From an uncultured delta proteobacterium (GTDB taxonomy: Bacteria > Desulfobacterota > Binatia > UBA9968): DNA of 64,000 bases. The DNA is taken from assembly GCA_963840855.1 (NCBI GenBank), contig CAWJBB010000040.1, positions 160,001 through 224,000 of the forward strand. The letters are read 5' to 3'. The notes beneath the pieces are model-generated. The model was not told the DNA's origin and did no database searches. It worked only from the letters and a program-made list of their open reading frames with translations. Positions 10,426 to 20,506 of this stretch are shown here, in pieces; position 1 is the stretch's first letter, and each line of letters begins with the position of its first letter. The position numbers and the translations under genes are program-made.

Positions 10426-10668
10426 CTAGCCCGCATTATTCACGAGATTACGGCCGAGGAGAAAGCCTCCGGTCGCGGCCAATGGGCCTGTACCTTGAGG
10501 AGGACGGCTGACTTAATGAGTGCGGCGATGATCGAGGAGAAACGTGAATTAGTGCCAAGCACCCCACAAGTCGGCGTAACTTTGTACTCTGTGTCCGCTC
10601 TCTACGAGATTCTCCTCGGCCTTACACCGTGTTGAAGTTTTCCGAGGTGCATGAATAATCCGGGTTAG
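10426..10668. mobile_element. MITE-like element with ~19-bp imperfect terminal inverted repeats
   Basis: Left end ctagcccgcattattcacg; right end catgaataatccgggttag (reverse complement ctaacccggattattcatg); internal IR ggccgaggagaa (10452) / ttctcctcggcc (10610); no transposase. Confidence 0.65.
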
Positions 10669-10677
10669 GAATTAACG

Positions 10678-12003
10678 TCATCGGCTGCGAGACTCAACGC
10701 GGGAACTTCTCATCCAAGCTCCCGTACTGCGGGTGGCAAACACGAACGCCAGAAGCGCCAGCGTCACTGCCATGAGCGCCATCGCGCTGATCGCCAACGA
10801 CCAGTGAATGCCGATGAGCGCGCCGACAAAGCCCACTGTCACGCCACTGAACGCGCGTAAGCCAAAGGCGGACATCGAAAATAAACCGATGAGCCGTCCG
10901 CGCAGGTGGATCGGCGCCTCCAGTTGCACAATCGCCTGAGCGGCCGAGTAGAATGACAAATTCAAAACGCCGGCAATAAAGAGCAGCGTGATCGATAAGA
11001 AATAACTCGTCGAAAGCGCAAACACCGCGACCACCCCGCACCACAGAATTGCGCAGATAATGGCGGTCTTGACATTGGCTTTGAGCCAACCTTTTCCTTC
11101 GAGCACGAAGCCGCCGAAAACCGCGCCCGCCGCGCTCGCCGTGAGCAACGCGCCATAGGCGAAATCCGCCTTTTCGGCGCCGAGGTCATGGGCAAAACCC
11201 GGCATTTGGGTTTGAAATGAATTGCCGACGAACAACGACGCGCTCCCGCCAAGTATGACCATGGTGATAATCGGACGGTTGTGAGCAATTTCGCGAATGA
11301 CTTTGATAACATCGTTCCAACCGATGGCGCGCTTCGGCGGCGCGCCTTCGCGCAAGTGTCCCGTATAGGGAACCACCAGCAACCATAGGGTCAACGGCAA
11401 ATAGATGAGCGCATTGGCGAGCAATCCGAAGGAGGGGCCGAGCCAAAACATCAGGCCTGCGCCCACCGCGGGCCCGAAGAGTATTCCCAACATCCGGCTC
11501 GTAGCATTGAGCCTCACCGCGCTCTGGATATGCTCCATGCCGACGATGTCGTGGATCAGAAGCTGTTCAGCGGGCGTCCACAACACTCCCGCGACCCCAT
11601 GAATCACCAGCAGAATACACGCGTGCCAAACTTGTATGGCATCGGTCCAAAACAGAAGCGCCCACGCCGCCGTCACGCCCATGTACATGATTTGCGCGGC
11701 TTGAATAACCTTTCGGCAGTCGTAGCGATCCGCGATGGCGCCAAAATAGACCGAGAATAGCAAAAATGGCGTCCAGTGACTGATGTCGGCGAACCCGGCG
11801 AGCACCGGCGACTGGAACTTTTGAAACAGCAGCCAGTAGCTGATCACATGTTCGATGTTGTCCGCCATCATCGCGAGCATGGTGGTGACGAAGAAATACC
11901 GGAAGTGGCGGTGTTGCAGCGCCGCGAAGGCGACCTTTTTTGCGGGCGTAATTGAATTCTGCGCGGCCGTGGTTGCGCCGGATGAAATTGTCGATAGAGC
12001 CAA
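10678..12003 (-). CDS. MFS transporter (paralog 3 of 3)
   Basis: Same motifs (DNIEHVISYW, ADRYDCRKV); probable TTG start after GGAG. Confidence 0.88.
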   Translation of the reverse strand: MALSTISSGATTAAQNSITPAKKVAFAALQHRHFRYFFVTTMLAMMADNIEHVISYWLLFQKFQSPVLAGFADISHWTPFLLFSVYFGAIADRYDCRKVIQAAQIMYMGVTAAWALLFWTDAIQVWHACILLVIHGVAGVLWTPAEQLLIHDIVGMEHIQSAVRLNATSRMLGILFGPAVGAGLMFWLGPSFGLLANALIYLPLTLWLLVVPYTGHLREGAPPKRAIGWNDVIKVIREIAHNRPIITMVILGGSASLFVGNSFQTQMPGFAHDLGAEKADFAYGALLTASAAGAVFGGFVLEGKGWLKANVKTAIICAILWCGVVAVFALSTSYFLSITLLFIAGVLNLSFYSAAQAIVQLEAPIHLRGRLIGLFSMSAFGLRAFSGVTVGFVGALIGIHWSLAISAMALMAVTLALLAFVFATRSTGAWMRSSRVESRSR

Positions 12004-12163
12004 TGGCGTCTCCGAATTGCGTGTAAATAGATTTGCACATAACCCGTATTCGCCGGCTTTGCAAATTATGCGATGACATTCATTGTCGACAACCATATCC
12101 CTTGCTTTCCGCGCCGGCTTTTGCGACAAACCAAACGATGCGGTTCACCAACGGGGCATTTCC

Positions 12164-13456
12164 CTGAAATCATTTCGTAGTTCTTACACGCAACTTTTTT
12201 ACGGCTGGCGTATGGTGGGTCTCGTTTCCGCCCTCCGGGTGCTGGGCGGCGGCCTGCATAACTATGGCTTCACGGTTTTTTTCTTGCCGTTGAGCCAAGA
12301 CCTGGGCCTGAGCCGCGCCGCCACTTCCCTGGCGTTTTCTTTGGCGCGGGTCGAGGGCGCCATCGAGGGGCCATTCGTCGGCTATCTGATCGATCGCTTC
12401 GGGCCGCGGCCGATGATTCTCATCGCAGCGCTATTAACCGGAGTAGGTTACATCCTGTTCGCCTGGGTCGACAGCTACGCGTCTTTCCTGATCGTCTATC
12501 TCGGCATCATTTCGCTCTCGTTCGCGCCAGGGCTTCGTCCACGCGCCGATGGCGGTGGGCAACACCTGGTTCATCCGCTGGCGGGCGCGAGCCATGACGG
12601 TGATCAGCTCGGCGGTGCCCGTCGGCGGCATGCTGATCTCGCCCCTTTTAGGGATGGCCGTGCAAGCCTGGGGTTGGCGCTGGGGCGCGATCCTTGCCGG
12701 TACGCTTTTCTTGCTCATCGGCATCCCGCTTGGGTTAGGCGTGCGGCCTTCGCCGGAAAGCATGGGCCTTCTACCTGACGGCGATGTGCCGAAACTCAAT
12801 GCGACGAAAGACCAGGGCGATAGCAAGCGCGACGACGGCAATCCGCCTTCATCGGACCCGACCTTGCGCGAAGCGATGAAGACGTTCGTTTTCTGGCTGT
12901 TCGTGATCGGCATGACGGTGCGCGTCGGCGTCTATAGCACGATCACCGTCCATTTCGTTCCGCTCATGGTTTGGAAGGGACAAACTCAAGAATACGCGGC
13001 ATTCTTGCTCGGTGGCTTTGCGTTTTTGAATTGGGCCGCCCATTTTGTCGTCGGCTGGATCGCCGACGCGGTCAATCGTCCCAAGCTGTTGACCGGCTGC
13101 ATGGTGGTCGCAGCGGGCGGATTGCTATCGCTGATTTGGGGCCATGGAGTGTGGACGCTCTGGCTGTTTACACTTCTTTTTACCCCCATCGACGCTTCGT
13201 TTCCCATCGTGTGGGCAACCATCGGCGACTTCTTTGGCCGCAAATCCTTCGCTACCATCCGAGGAACCATGTCGTTTTTTTATGCCTGGGGCAGCGTAGT
13301 CGGACCCGTCATCGCCGGCGCGCTCTTCGATCGCGAGCAAAATTATTTTTCGACCCTCTGGGGCCTTACTACCATGATGCTCTTGGGCGCGCTCCTGACA
13401 GCGCTCTTGATCAAGCCGTGGGAAGAGAGAGGGCGCAAGCGGCGGAGACGACGTAA
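12164..13456 (+). CDS. MFS transporter; frameshift at ~12530 and probably at ~13428
   Basis: FYGWRMV, GYLIDRFGPR, GWIADAVNR, DFFGRKSFATIRG; start uncertain; probable true end ...ERAQAAETT* at 13456 (the uncorrected frame runs to 13607). Confidence 0.8.
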
Positions 13457-13465
13457 GAGGATCGA

Positions 13466-13530
13466 GTTCAAGGTTCAAGTTTCAAAGTTTCGGAAGTTAT
13501 CTGCGATCCTCGAACATCGAACGTTGAACT
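13466..13530. repeat. Heptamer inverted array
   Basis: gttcaag gttcaa gtttcaaa gtttc ... ctcgaac atcgaac gttgaac. Confidence 0.75.
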
Positions 13531-13603
13531 GGGAAGCCATACTGGCCAATCCCATCACTGGCGGGTTTCGCGTAATCGCCGCGGACCGGGATCATCACGG
13601 GCC

Positions 13604-14218
13604 CTAATGCGTAGACAATTCGGGGCGCTCAAGAAAATTGTTCAAAATGCCTCGCTCGAAGTAAAGGGAGGTGGAACCGTAAATCCACTGCTCGTAAACC
13701 CCCCAGCCGCCTTCTGACCGCTTGATTTGATCCGGCTTACCCCAGGCCAGTAAAACCTGCTCTTGAGTCATTGCAATCGCGATTTTCCCATCGATGACGA
13801 GTTGGCAAATGCCGCTGGACCATCCTTTAGCCCTGATTTGTCGAGCCCGACGGTAGGAGATTATCTTGGCCTGCTGCTTACGCCTGGTGTCGGGATCAAA
13901 GTCAACGAGGACTTTTTTTCGCAGCGCCAGGTCCACCCATTCCTTCGTGATAGTGTTGCGCCGCCCGGAGGGTAGCTCGATACGGTAATACTCTGGCGAG
14001 TCGGCATCTTCATCGAGGAGAGAAAAACAATTGATGTCTTCGCCAATTTCACGTCTTATCCTGTGAAATTCGTCAAATGCGCGCGTCTTGTAAGCCTCAT
14101 TGGCTGACACAAGCCAAAGTTTTTTCAGAGGTTGATTCTTGGATTTCTGAAGGATTAACACAGTGCCGAAGGATAAAAACCCGACCAAAGCGGGTAACAA
14201 ACTGACAGATTGATCCAT
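13604..14218 (-). CDS. Hypothetical membrane-anchored protein with C-terminal BamE/SmpA- or DUF2845-like module
   Basis: N-terminal TM segment; C-terminus IAMTQEQVLLAWGKPD..EQWIYG..LYFERG. Confidence 0.65.
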   Translation of the reverse strand: MDQSVSLLPALVGFLSFGTVLILQKSKNQPLKKLWLVSANEAYKTRAFDEFHRIRREIGEDINCFSLLDEDADSPEYYRIELPSGRRNTITKEWVDLALRKKVLVDFDPDTRRKQQAKIISYRRARQIRAKGWSSGICQLVIDGKIAIAMTQEQVLLAWGKPDQIKRSEGGWGVYEQWIYGSTSLYFERGILNNFLERPELSTH

Positions 14219-14593
14219 GATACCTCTCACTTCCGCGCTTCAGCGAATGCTTTTCGCGGCTTTATTATTCAACTCGACACGCGTAAAAATGTCCTGGCCG
14301 ACAAGGCACTCAAACGCGGTTGCAAGCCATATTGGGCGCAAGTAAGCAAAAAACCGGCCTTGCCGCGGATGGCAAGTGGTGGCGCGGCAATGACGGGATT
14401 GCCATGGATAAGCGCTAACGGTGATCGGCTTGATCGTTCTTTTTTGTTCCCTAATAGACTTTATTTATCCGAAAACGTAATCGAGTATTTCGTCGCGGCC
14501 GCCGCGCGACGTAGTCGGAAATGCCGAACATTCCTACGTACCGAGCACGAGCATCAATGCCTCACGCTTGGCTTGCGCATCTTGAATTGTCAA

Positions 14594-14657
14594 GTTAAAG
14601 GTTCAACGTTCGGAGATGTATTCCGAAACTTTGAAACTTAAACATAGAAGTTTGAAC
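14594..14657. repeat. Heptamer inverted array
   Basis: gttaaag gttcaac gttc ... tttgaaa cttaaac ... tttgaac. Confidence 0.65.
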
Positions 14658-14681
14658 CCGTAAGCAAACCGGCCAAGCCGA

Positions 14682-15593
14682 TCACTTGCGCGCTTGGGTG
14701 AGCCGTGGATCGAGAGCGTCGCGCAGCGCGTCGCCGAGAAGGTTGAAGCTCATCAGCGCGAAGAAGATGAAAAGACCCGGCAAAAATACTTGAAGCGGGG
14801 CGATGAATATATTGGTGGAGGCGTTGGTGAGCAGATTGCCCCAGCTCGGCGTCGGCGGCTGGATGCCGAGACCGAGAAAACTCAGTGTCGTCTCAGCGCG
14901 AATGGCTGCGCCGGCGTCCAGAGTCGCGGCGACGATGAGCGGCGCGAGAGAGTTGGGCAAGAGGTGGCGCAGCATGACGCGCCAGCGCGAGGCTCCCAGA
15001 CACTGGGCGGCCAGGACAAACTCCTGCTCGCGATAGGAGAGCACCGCACCGCGCGCCAAGCGCGCGGCATTGGTCCATTCAAGTGCCGCGAGGATTACAA
15101 TGATGTTTAACAGCCCAGGCCCGGCCACTTTTGACAGAACCAGCAGCAACACGATGCGTGGAATCGTGTAAATGGTATCGACAATGCGCATGAGAATGTT
15201 GTCGAGCGCTCCCCCCACATAACCTGCCAAAATCCCCAAAATACCGCCCAGGATCACCGTGCTGATACCGACGATTAACCCGACTGCAAGTGAAACTCGA
15301 CCGCCGTGCATAATCCTGACCCATGTGTCCCGTCCTAGTTCGTCCGTGCCAAACCAGTGGCCCGCAGTCGGACCGTGCATTCGCTCGCTCAAGGAAACCT
15401 GATCGAGTTGGTAGGGCACCAGATAAGGCCCGAAGATAACCAGGAGAAGCAGAAAGACGAAAAAGAAAAACCCGGCGTAGGCCACGCGGTGCTGCTTGAA
15501 GCGGCGCCAGATGATGCGCCAGTATCCGGATTGCTGTTCGTTTTGCACTAGATTTAATGGTCTCATGAGAATGTTAGTGGTTGCCTTCTTCAT
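14682..15593 (-). CDS. Peptide/nickel ABC transporter permease (DppC/OppC-like)
   Basis: HWFGTDELGRD, EFVLAAQCLGAS, HLLPNS, LSFLGLG. Confidence 0.93.
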   Translation of the reverse strand: MKKATTNILMRPLNLVQNEQQSGYWRIIWRRFKQHRVAYAGFFFFVFLLLLVIFGPYLVPYQLDQVSLSERMHGPTAGHWFGTDELGRDTWVRIMHGGRVSLAVGLIVGISTVILGGILGILAGYVGGALDNILMRIVDTIYTIPRIVLLLVLSKVAGPGLLNIIVILAALEWTNAARLARGAVLSYREQEFVLAAQCLGASRWRVMLRHLLPNSLAPLIVAATLDAGAAIRAETTLSFLGLGIQPPTPSWGNLLTNASTNIFIAPLQVFLPGLFIFFALMSFNLLGDALRDALDPRLTQARK

Positions 15594-15595
15594 AT

Positions 15596-16567
15596 TCAGC
15601 TCTGATACCGGATGCGCGGGTCGAGCCAGCCATAGAGAATGTCCGCCAGCAAGTTACACGCTACTACGGTCACGGCGATAATCATCACCACGGTCATCGC
15701 CACTACGTAGTCGTTTCCCATGATCGAAGTGAAGAGCAGCCGGCCCATTCCCGGATAGGCAAAAACGGTTTCCACAACGGTGGAGCCGCCGATGACTCGC
15801 GGCATGGTGATCGCGATGATGGTGACCACCGGGATGAGGGCGTTTTTGAGCGCATGCCTGCCAATGACCGCTCGTTCGCTCAGTCCTTTGGCGCGCGCGG
15901 TGGTCAAATAATCCTGACGCAGCACTTCGAGCAGGCTCGAACGCATGAAGCGCTGGACTTGAATGATTTCAGAGGTGGCCAAAACCGTCACAGGAAGGAC
16001 CAAATGCTTGATCCAATCCACGGTGGCCTCCCAGGTTCCCGGCGCGATATCGGGATTGACGATGCCGGAGGTTGGAAACCAGCCGAGCTTGACGGAAAAG
16101 GCGATGATCATCATCAGCCCGAGCCAAAAAGCCGGGATTGAATAGGCGATGAACGTAAGCGCGGTAAGAAGGTAATCGCCGATGGAGTACTGGCGCACCG
16201 CCGAGAAAATCCCCAACAGAATCGCCACGGCCTTCCCGATAATCACTGCGATCACCGTCAGCACCAGGGTGTTCTTCAGCGCCGGCACGATAATTTCTAT
16301 GACTGGCTGGCCGTACTCCCGCGAGTAACCCGGGTTGAGCTGAATCAACTGCCAGAGCCACTTCCAGTACTGCACGTAAATAGGGTCGTCCAGGCCGTAG
16401 AGCTTGCGCAGGCGCTCATAATCTTGCGGGCGCAAATTGGGCACGTCCTCGAGCATCCGGTAGAGAGGATCACCCGGCATGAGGTAAAGCAGCAAATAAA
16501 TCAGCGCAGAAATAAAAACCAAAAGAGGAACGGTTTGCAGGAGCCGTCGTGTAACGTAAATCAGCAT
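15596..16567 (-). CDS. Peptide/nickel ABC transporter permease (DppB/OppB-like)
   Basis: MPGDP, YGLDDP, DYLTTARAKGL, HALKNAL, ETVFAYPGMG. Confidence 0.93.
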   Translation of the reverse strand: MLIYVTRRLLQTVPLLVFISALIYLLLYLMPGDPLYRMLEDVPNLRPQDYERLRKLYGLDDPIYVQYWKWLWQLIQLNPGYSREYGQPVIEIIVPALKNTLVLTVIAVIIGKAVAILLGIFSAVRQYSIGDYLLTALTFIAYSIPAFWLGLMMIIAFSVKLGWFPTSGIVNPDIAPGTWEATVDWIKHLVLPVTVLATSEIIQVQRFMRSSLLEVLRQDYLTTARAKGLSERAVIGRHALKNALIPVVTIIAITMPRVIGGSTVVETVFAYPGMGRLLFTSIMGNDYVVAMTVVMIIAVTVVACNLLADILYGWLDPRIRYQS

Positions 16568-16625
16568 AGAGAATTGACCACCGCGAACCTTAATCGAACC
16601 GCAAAAAGTGGTTCACAAATTCCGT

Positions 16626-16710
16626 CCTTGAGCTTTGAACCTTGAACTTTGAACTACTGTCAGCCGTTCGAACGACTTGAACGATTTGAACATCTTGAAC
16701 TATTGGAACG
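16626..16710. repeat. Heptamer plus nonamer TTGAAC tandem arrays
   Basis: cttgagc tttgaac cttgaac tttgaac ... tcgaacgac ttgaacgat ttgaacatc ttgaactat tggaac. Confidence 0.85.
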
Positions 16711-16719
16711 GCTGTTTTC

Positions 16720-18422
16720 TTAGTTCTTGTCCCACGCGTGCATATTCCAGGTGTTCATGTTCTGGCCGCCGGTTTCGGCGCGGGGAGTTACCCCGGTCAA
16801 TCCTTTTCTGATCGCAAGCCATTCCAACCGGTAATAAAGCGGCAGATACGGCAGATCCCGGGTGTAGAGCTTGACGAACTCCACCTGGAGATCTATCGCG
16901 CGCTCTTCGGGAATGACGGAGTTGAGTTCATCCATGATCGCGTCCGCCTGGGCATTGCGCCACAGGGAGACTGACTCGCTTGACCAGCGGTTTTCGGCGG
17001 TAGGAGTCCCTGCGCTATGGAAGCGCTCTGCCCATTCCTCAACGACGAGATTATTCCCACCCAGCATGGCCCCTGGCCAACGATTGCGGTTCTCCTCCGC
17101 ATTGAGGATTCGCTGCGGCATGTTCTTGATCTGGCAGCGTACGCCGATCTTTTTCCAGTAATCGATGATGATCGCTTGCGCCTGTTCGTCCTCCCGGCTC
17201 CCCGCCTCCGTGCGAAACTCAAACTCCATGCGCTCGCCCGCGGCGTTCGCCAACACTCCGTCGGGACCCAGCTTGAATCCCGCTTCCGCAAGAAGCTGCT
17301 TCGCCTTCTCTATGTTGAAGTCATACTTCGCAGCCGCCGCGTCGGCCCGCTTATACGCCTTGCGGAATGGCGACATCGGAAAGTGAATCGCGGGCGCGAA
17401 ACCTTTGAAGAGATTCTTCACCATACTATCACGGTCGATGGCATGGAGGAGCGCGCGCTTCACCCGGACATCATTGAAAAGCGGATTGGTCCCGCTCAAA
17501 TTCACCCAACGGAAAGTAACCGGCCGGATGCTCACCGTTCCTAACCCCTTCGCTTCCCATTGATCTTTGAGGACCATAGCCCCGTCGAAGGAAATGGTAT
17601 CGCGTAGCGCCAGGTCGACTTCCCCGGCAAGCATCGCGGAAAGGGCGGTATTACTGTCCTCCACGACCCGGTAGGTAACCCGGTCGATCTTCGGTTTTCC
17701 CATCATATAATAAGGATTGGCTTCGACTTCGATCTGCGCGCCGCCACCCCAATCCAACAGCCGGTAGGGCCCCGTGCCAACGAACTTCTGGTTCCAGAAA
17801 GCATGCCGGGTCAAGGCATTGATGTCTCCGCCGCGAAAGGCATCCTCCAGGATGTGCCTGGGCCACGCGCGAAGTTGCTGCTTCTGAATGGCGTGGGCCT
17901 CGTTATAAAGCCCCTTCCAGTGAATCACGATTGTGCGATCGTCGGGAGTCTCGATCTTCTCGATCAGGTCGGGCACGAGCCGGTCGCGCAAGGGAAATTC
18001 CGGATGTTGGTGCACCTCCCAGCCGAACTTGTAGTCGTGGGAGGTATGCGGCTTGCCGTCGTGCCACCTCAATCCGGAACGCAGGCGATAAACGGTGACC
18101 ATCGTTTTCTTTTGTTTATCGATCTTCCATGTCCCTTTCTTGACCGACGGCAGCTCCGCGGCAAGCCACGCAAAGCGTTCCATCGTCACAGGGTGTTGCC
18201 CGGCAAGTCCGGCATCGACAAGACCTGTCAACTCGGTGTCTGAACGGCCGTGGTTGGCAAACCCGGCGGTGCGCCTGCCGCCCATAATTACAATTTTTTT
18301 CTGACCGACCTGCGCCGCAGCCGACGGATTCGTCCAGGCGGAGAAGGCAAGGCTCATAGCAGCGGCGCTGGAACGTGACAAGAAGTTGCGCCTGGTGAGT
18401 AATCTATTTTTACGCTTGCCAT
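16720..18422 (-). CDS. Peptide ABC transporter substrate-binding protein (family 5), Tat signal; probable 1-nt deletion just after the ATG
   Basis: LTRRNFL twin-arginine motif, LRWHDGKP, VGTGPY; ATG 18422 has a GGAGAG RBS but is out of frame by one base (restored start MAKRKNRLLTRR). Confidence 0.88.
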
Positions 18423-18497
18423 AATTACTCTCCTTAATAGGATCCCAACTTGGATTCTCACCTTTCAAATGTTCAACAGAGCCACTTCAAGAAAATT

Positions 18498-18637
18498 TAT
18501 CGCGCCAAGACGCCAAGCACGCAAAGTAAGACATTTTCCTATCCCTAGAACTTGGCGAGCTTTGCGCCTTTGCGCGAGTCATCTTTTTTCCGACTCTGTA
18601 ATCCGACACCTACCGAAATTTCAAATATCTTTGGCTA
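18498..18637. repeat. CGCCAAG/CGCAAAG ... CTTTGCG palindromic intergenic element ending in CTAG
   Basis: cgcgccaagacgccaagcacgcaaag ... cttggcgagctttgcgcctttgcgcga ... tatctttggctag. Confidence 0.7.
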
Positions 18638-20365
18638 GGTCTTATCCCATTTGTGCATGTTCCAGGTGCTGGCGTTCTGTCCGCCGGTTTCCTGCCGTGG
18701 AGTAATGCCCGTCAATCCTCGCTTGGCGACGAGCACCTCCGGACCGAAATAAAGCGGATGCAGCGGCAGGTATTCGCTGAACAACTTGACAAACTCCAGC
18801 TGCAATTTTTCGGAACGCTCCGGTGTAATAATGGAGTTCAACTCGTCGAGGATGGCGTCTTTGCGCGGATCGTTCCAGCCGGAAACGTTTTCCGTGGCGT
18901 ATTTGTTCTCCGCCGTGGGGATGTTCTTGGTGTGAAATCGTTCGGCCCACTCCTCCACCGTCACGTTGTGCGTCCCGATATAAGCGCCGGGCCAGCGGTT
19001 GCGGTTTTCCGCGGCGTTGAGCAGCCGATTGGGCAGGTTCTTGATATTGGTGCGCACGCCGATTTTCTTCCAGAAATCGGCAATGACCGCTTGCGCCTGT
19101 TCATGCTCGCGCCGTCCGGCCTGGACGCGGAAGTCGAATTCCATGCGCTCGCCCTTGTCATTGACCAGCACGCCCTCTGCTCCCGGCTTCCAGCCGGCGT
19201 CGGCGAGGAGCTTCTTGGCCCGCTCGGGGTCGTATTTGTAGATGGTCGCCGTCGCCATCGCTTGCTTGTAGCTCTTGCGGATGCGCGAAAGCGAAAAATG
19301 CGAGACCAGCTTTTCGCCTTTAAAAATACTCTGAACCATCGCCTCGCGGTCGATGGCGTGCATCAAGGCGCGGCGCACGCGCACGTCGCTGAACCACGGA
19401 TTGTCCCGGCTCAAGTTGAGCCAGCTCCAGGACGCGGGGCTAATATAGACCTTCCCCTTTCCTTGTTTCTCCCACTGGTCGCGCAGAATCATGGCGCCAT
19501 CGAACGAGATCGTGCTGCGCATGCAAAAATCCACCTCGCCGGCGAGCACGGCGGCAAGGTTGGTGTTGGAGTCGTCGACGACACGGACGGTGACCCGGTC
19601 GATCTTGGGCCGTCCCAAAGCAAAGTCGTTGAACGCCTCGAGCTCCATGCGGTTCCCGGCATCCCATTCGACCACGCGATAGGGGCCGGCGCCGACGAAG
19701 GTCTTATTCCAGTTGGGCAGGTTGGCAAACGTCTTCATATCGCCGGCGTTGAAAGCGTCTTGCAGCAGGTGGCGCGGAAAAGCGCGCACATGGGTGTACT
19801 GCACGGCGTAGGCCTCGTTATAGAGATCGTTCCAGTGGATCACGATGGTGCGGTCGTCGGGCGTTTCAATCTTGGAAATCAAATCGGGCACCAGCCGATC
19901 GGGCATGGGAAATTCCGGATGTTTGGCGATCTGCCAGCCAAACTCGAAATCTTTCGACGTGTAGGGCTTGCCGTCGTGCCACTTGAGCCCGGGGCGCAGC
20001 TTGTACACGGTCACCATGGTTTTTTTCTGAAGGTCGATTTTCCAGGTTCCCTTCTTGATCGAAGGCAGCTCCTCAGCAAGTATCGGCACTCGTTCCAGCG
20101 TAACCGGATTCTGGAATACCAATCCGGCATCCGCCATGCACACATGCTCGGTGTCCCGGCGGTTGTGATAGGCGAGACTGGTGATCTGGCGCTCGGTATG
20201 AATGACGATGCGCTTCCTTGCCGGCTGCGCCGCAATCAGAAAACCTTGGGGCTGGGACATAGAACCGAAAGCAACCGCCGACGTTCCCGCCAGGCGCAGA
20301 AATTGACGCCGGGATAATGCTTTGCCGTTCGCTGTCGCTGTCTGGGTTTTCTTCTCCTTGGACAT
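18635..20365 (-). CDS. Peptide ABC transporter substrate-binding protein (family 5), Tat signal; paralog of the adjacent SBP
   Basis: LSRRQFL, LKWHDGKP, VGAGPY; shares HPEFP.DRLVPDLI, AENRNRWPGA and TWNMH.WDK with its neighbour. Confidence 0.92.
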   Translation of the reverse strand: MSKEKKTQTATANGKALSRRQFLRLAGTSAVAFGSMSQPQGFLIAAQPARKRIVIHTERQITSLAYHNRRDTEHVCMADAGLVFQNPVTLERVPILAEELPSIKKGTWKIDLQKKTMVTVYKLRPGLKWHDGKPYTSKDFEFGWQIAKHPEFPMPDRLVPDLISKIETPDDRTIVIHWNDLYNEAYAVQYTHVRAFPRHLLQDAFNAGDMKTFANLPNWNKTFVGAGPYRVVEWDAGNRMELEAFNDFALGRPKIDRVTVRVVDDSNTNLAAVLAGEVDFCMRSTISFDGAMILRDQWEKQGKGKVYISPASWSWLNLSRDNPWFSDVRVRRALMHAIDREAMVQSIFKGEKLVSHFSLSRIRKSYKQAMATATIYKYDPERAKKLLADAGWKPGAEGVLVNDKGERMEFDFRVQAGRREHEQAQAVIADFWKKIGVRTNIKNLPNRLLNAAENRNRWPGAYIGTHNVTVEEWAERFHTKNIPTAENKYATENVSGWNDPRKDAILDELNSIITPERSEKLQLEFVKLFSEYLPLHPLYFGPEVLVAKRGLTGITPRQETGGQNASTWNMHKWDKT

Positions 20366-20506
20366 ACGACACCCCCTATGTGTTGCGTTCATACAATTAA
20401 GCAGAGAACGATGTCAATCCGCGCCCGATAAATCTCATTTATCCTTGATTCACAATCACACATCACTTAGGATGCGGCCAGATTTCTGGCAGGAAGGACG
20501 CAATCT

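Noticed and set aside
14231-14641. ORF 14210-14641 as a gene
   Set aside because: No motif, overlaps a repeat array and has no convincing start.
18653-20317. 554-aa plus-strand ORF
   Set aside because: Antisense shadow of the SBP gene, expected from high-GC codon bias; no recognisable motifs. The same applies to most other overlapping ORFs in the track (for example 47333-48349 and 32469-33401).
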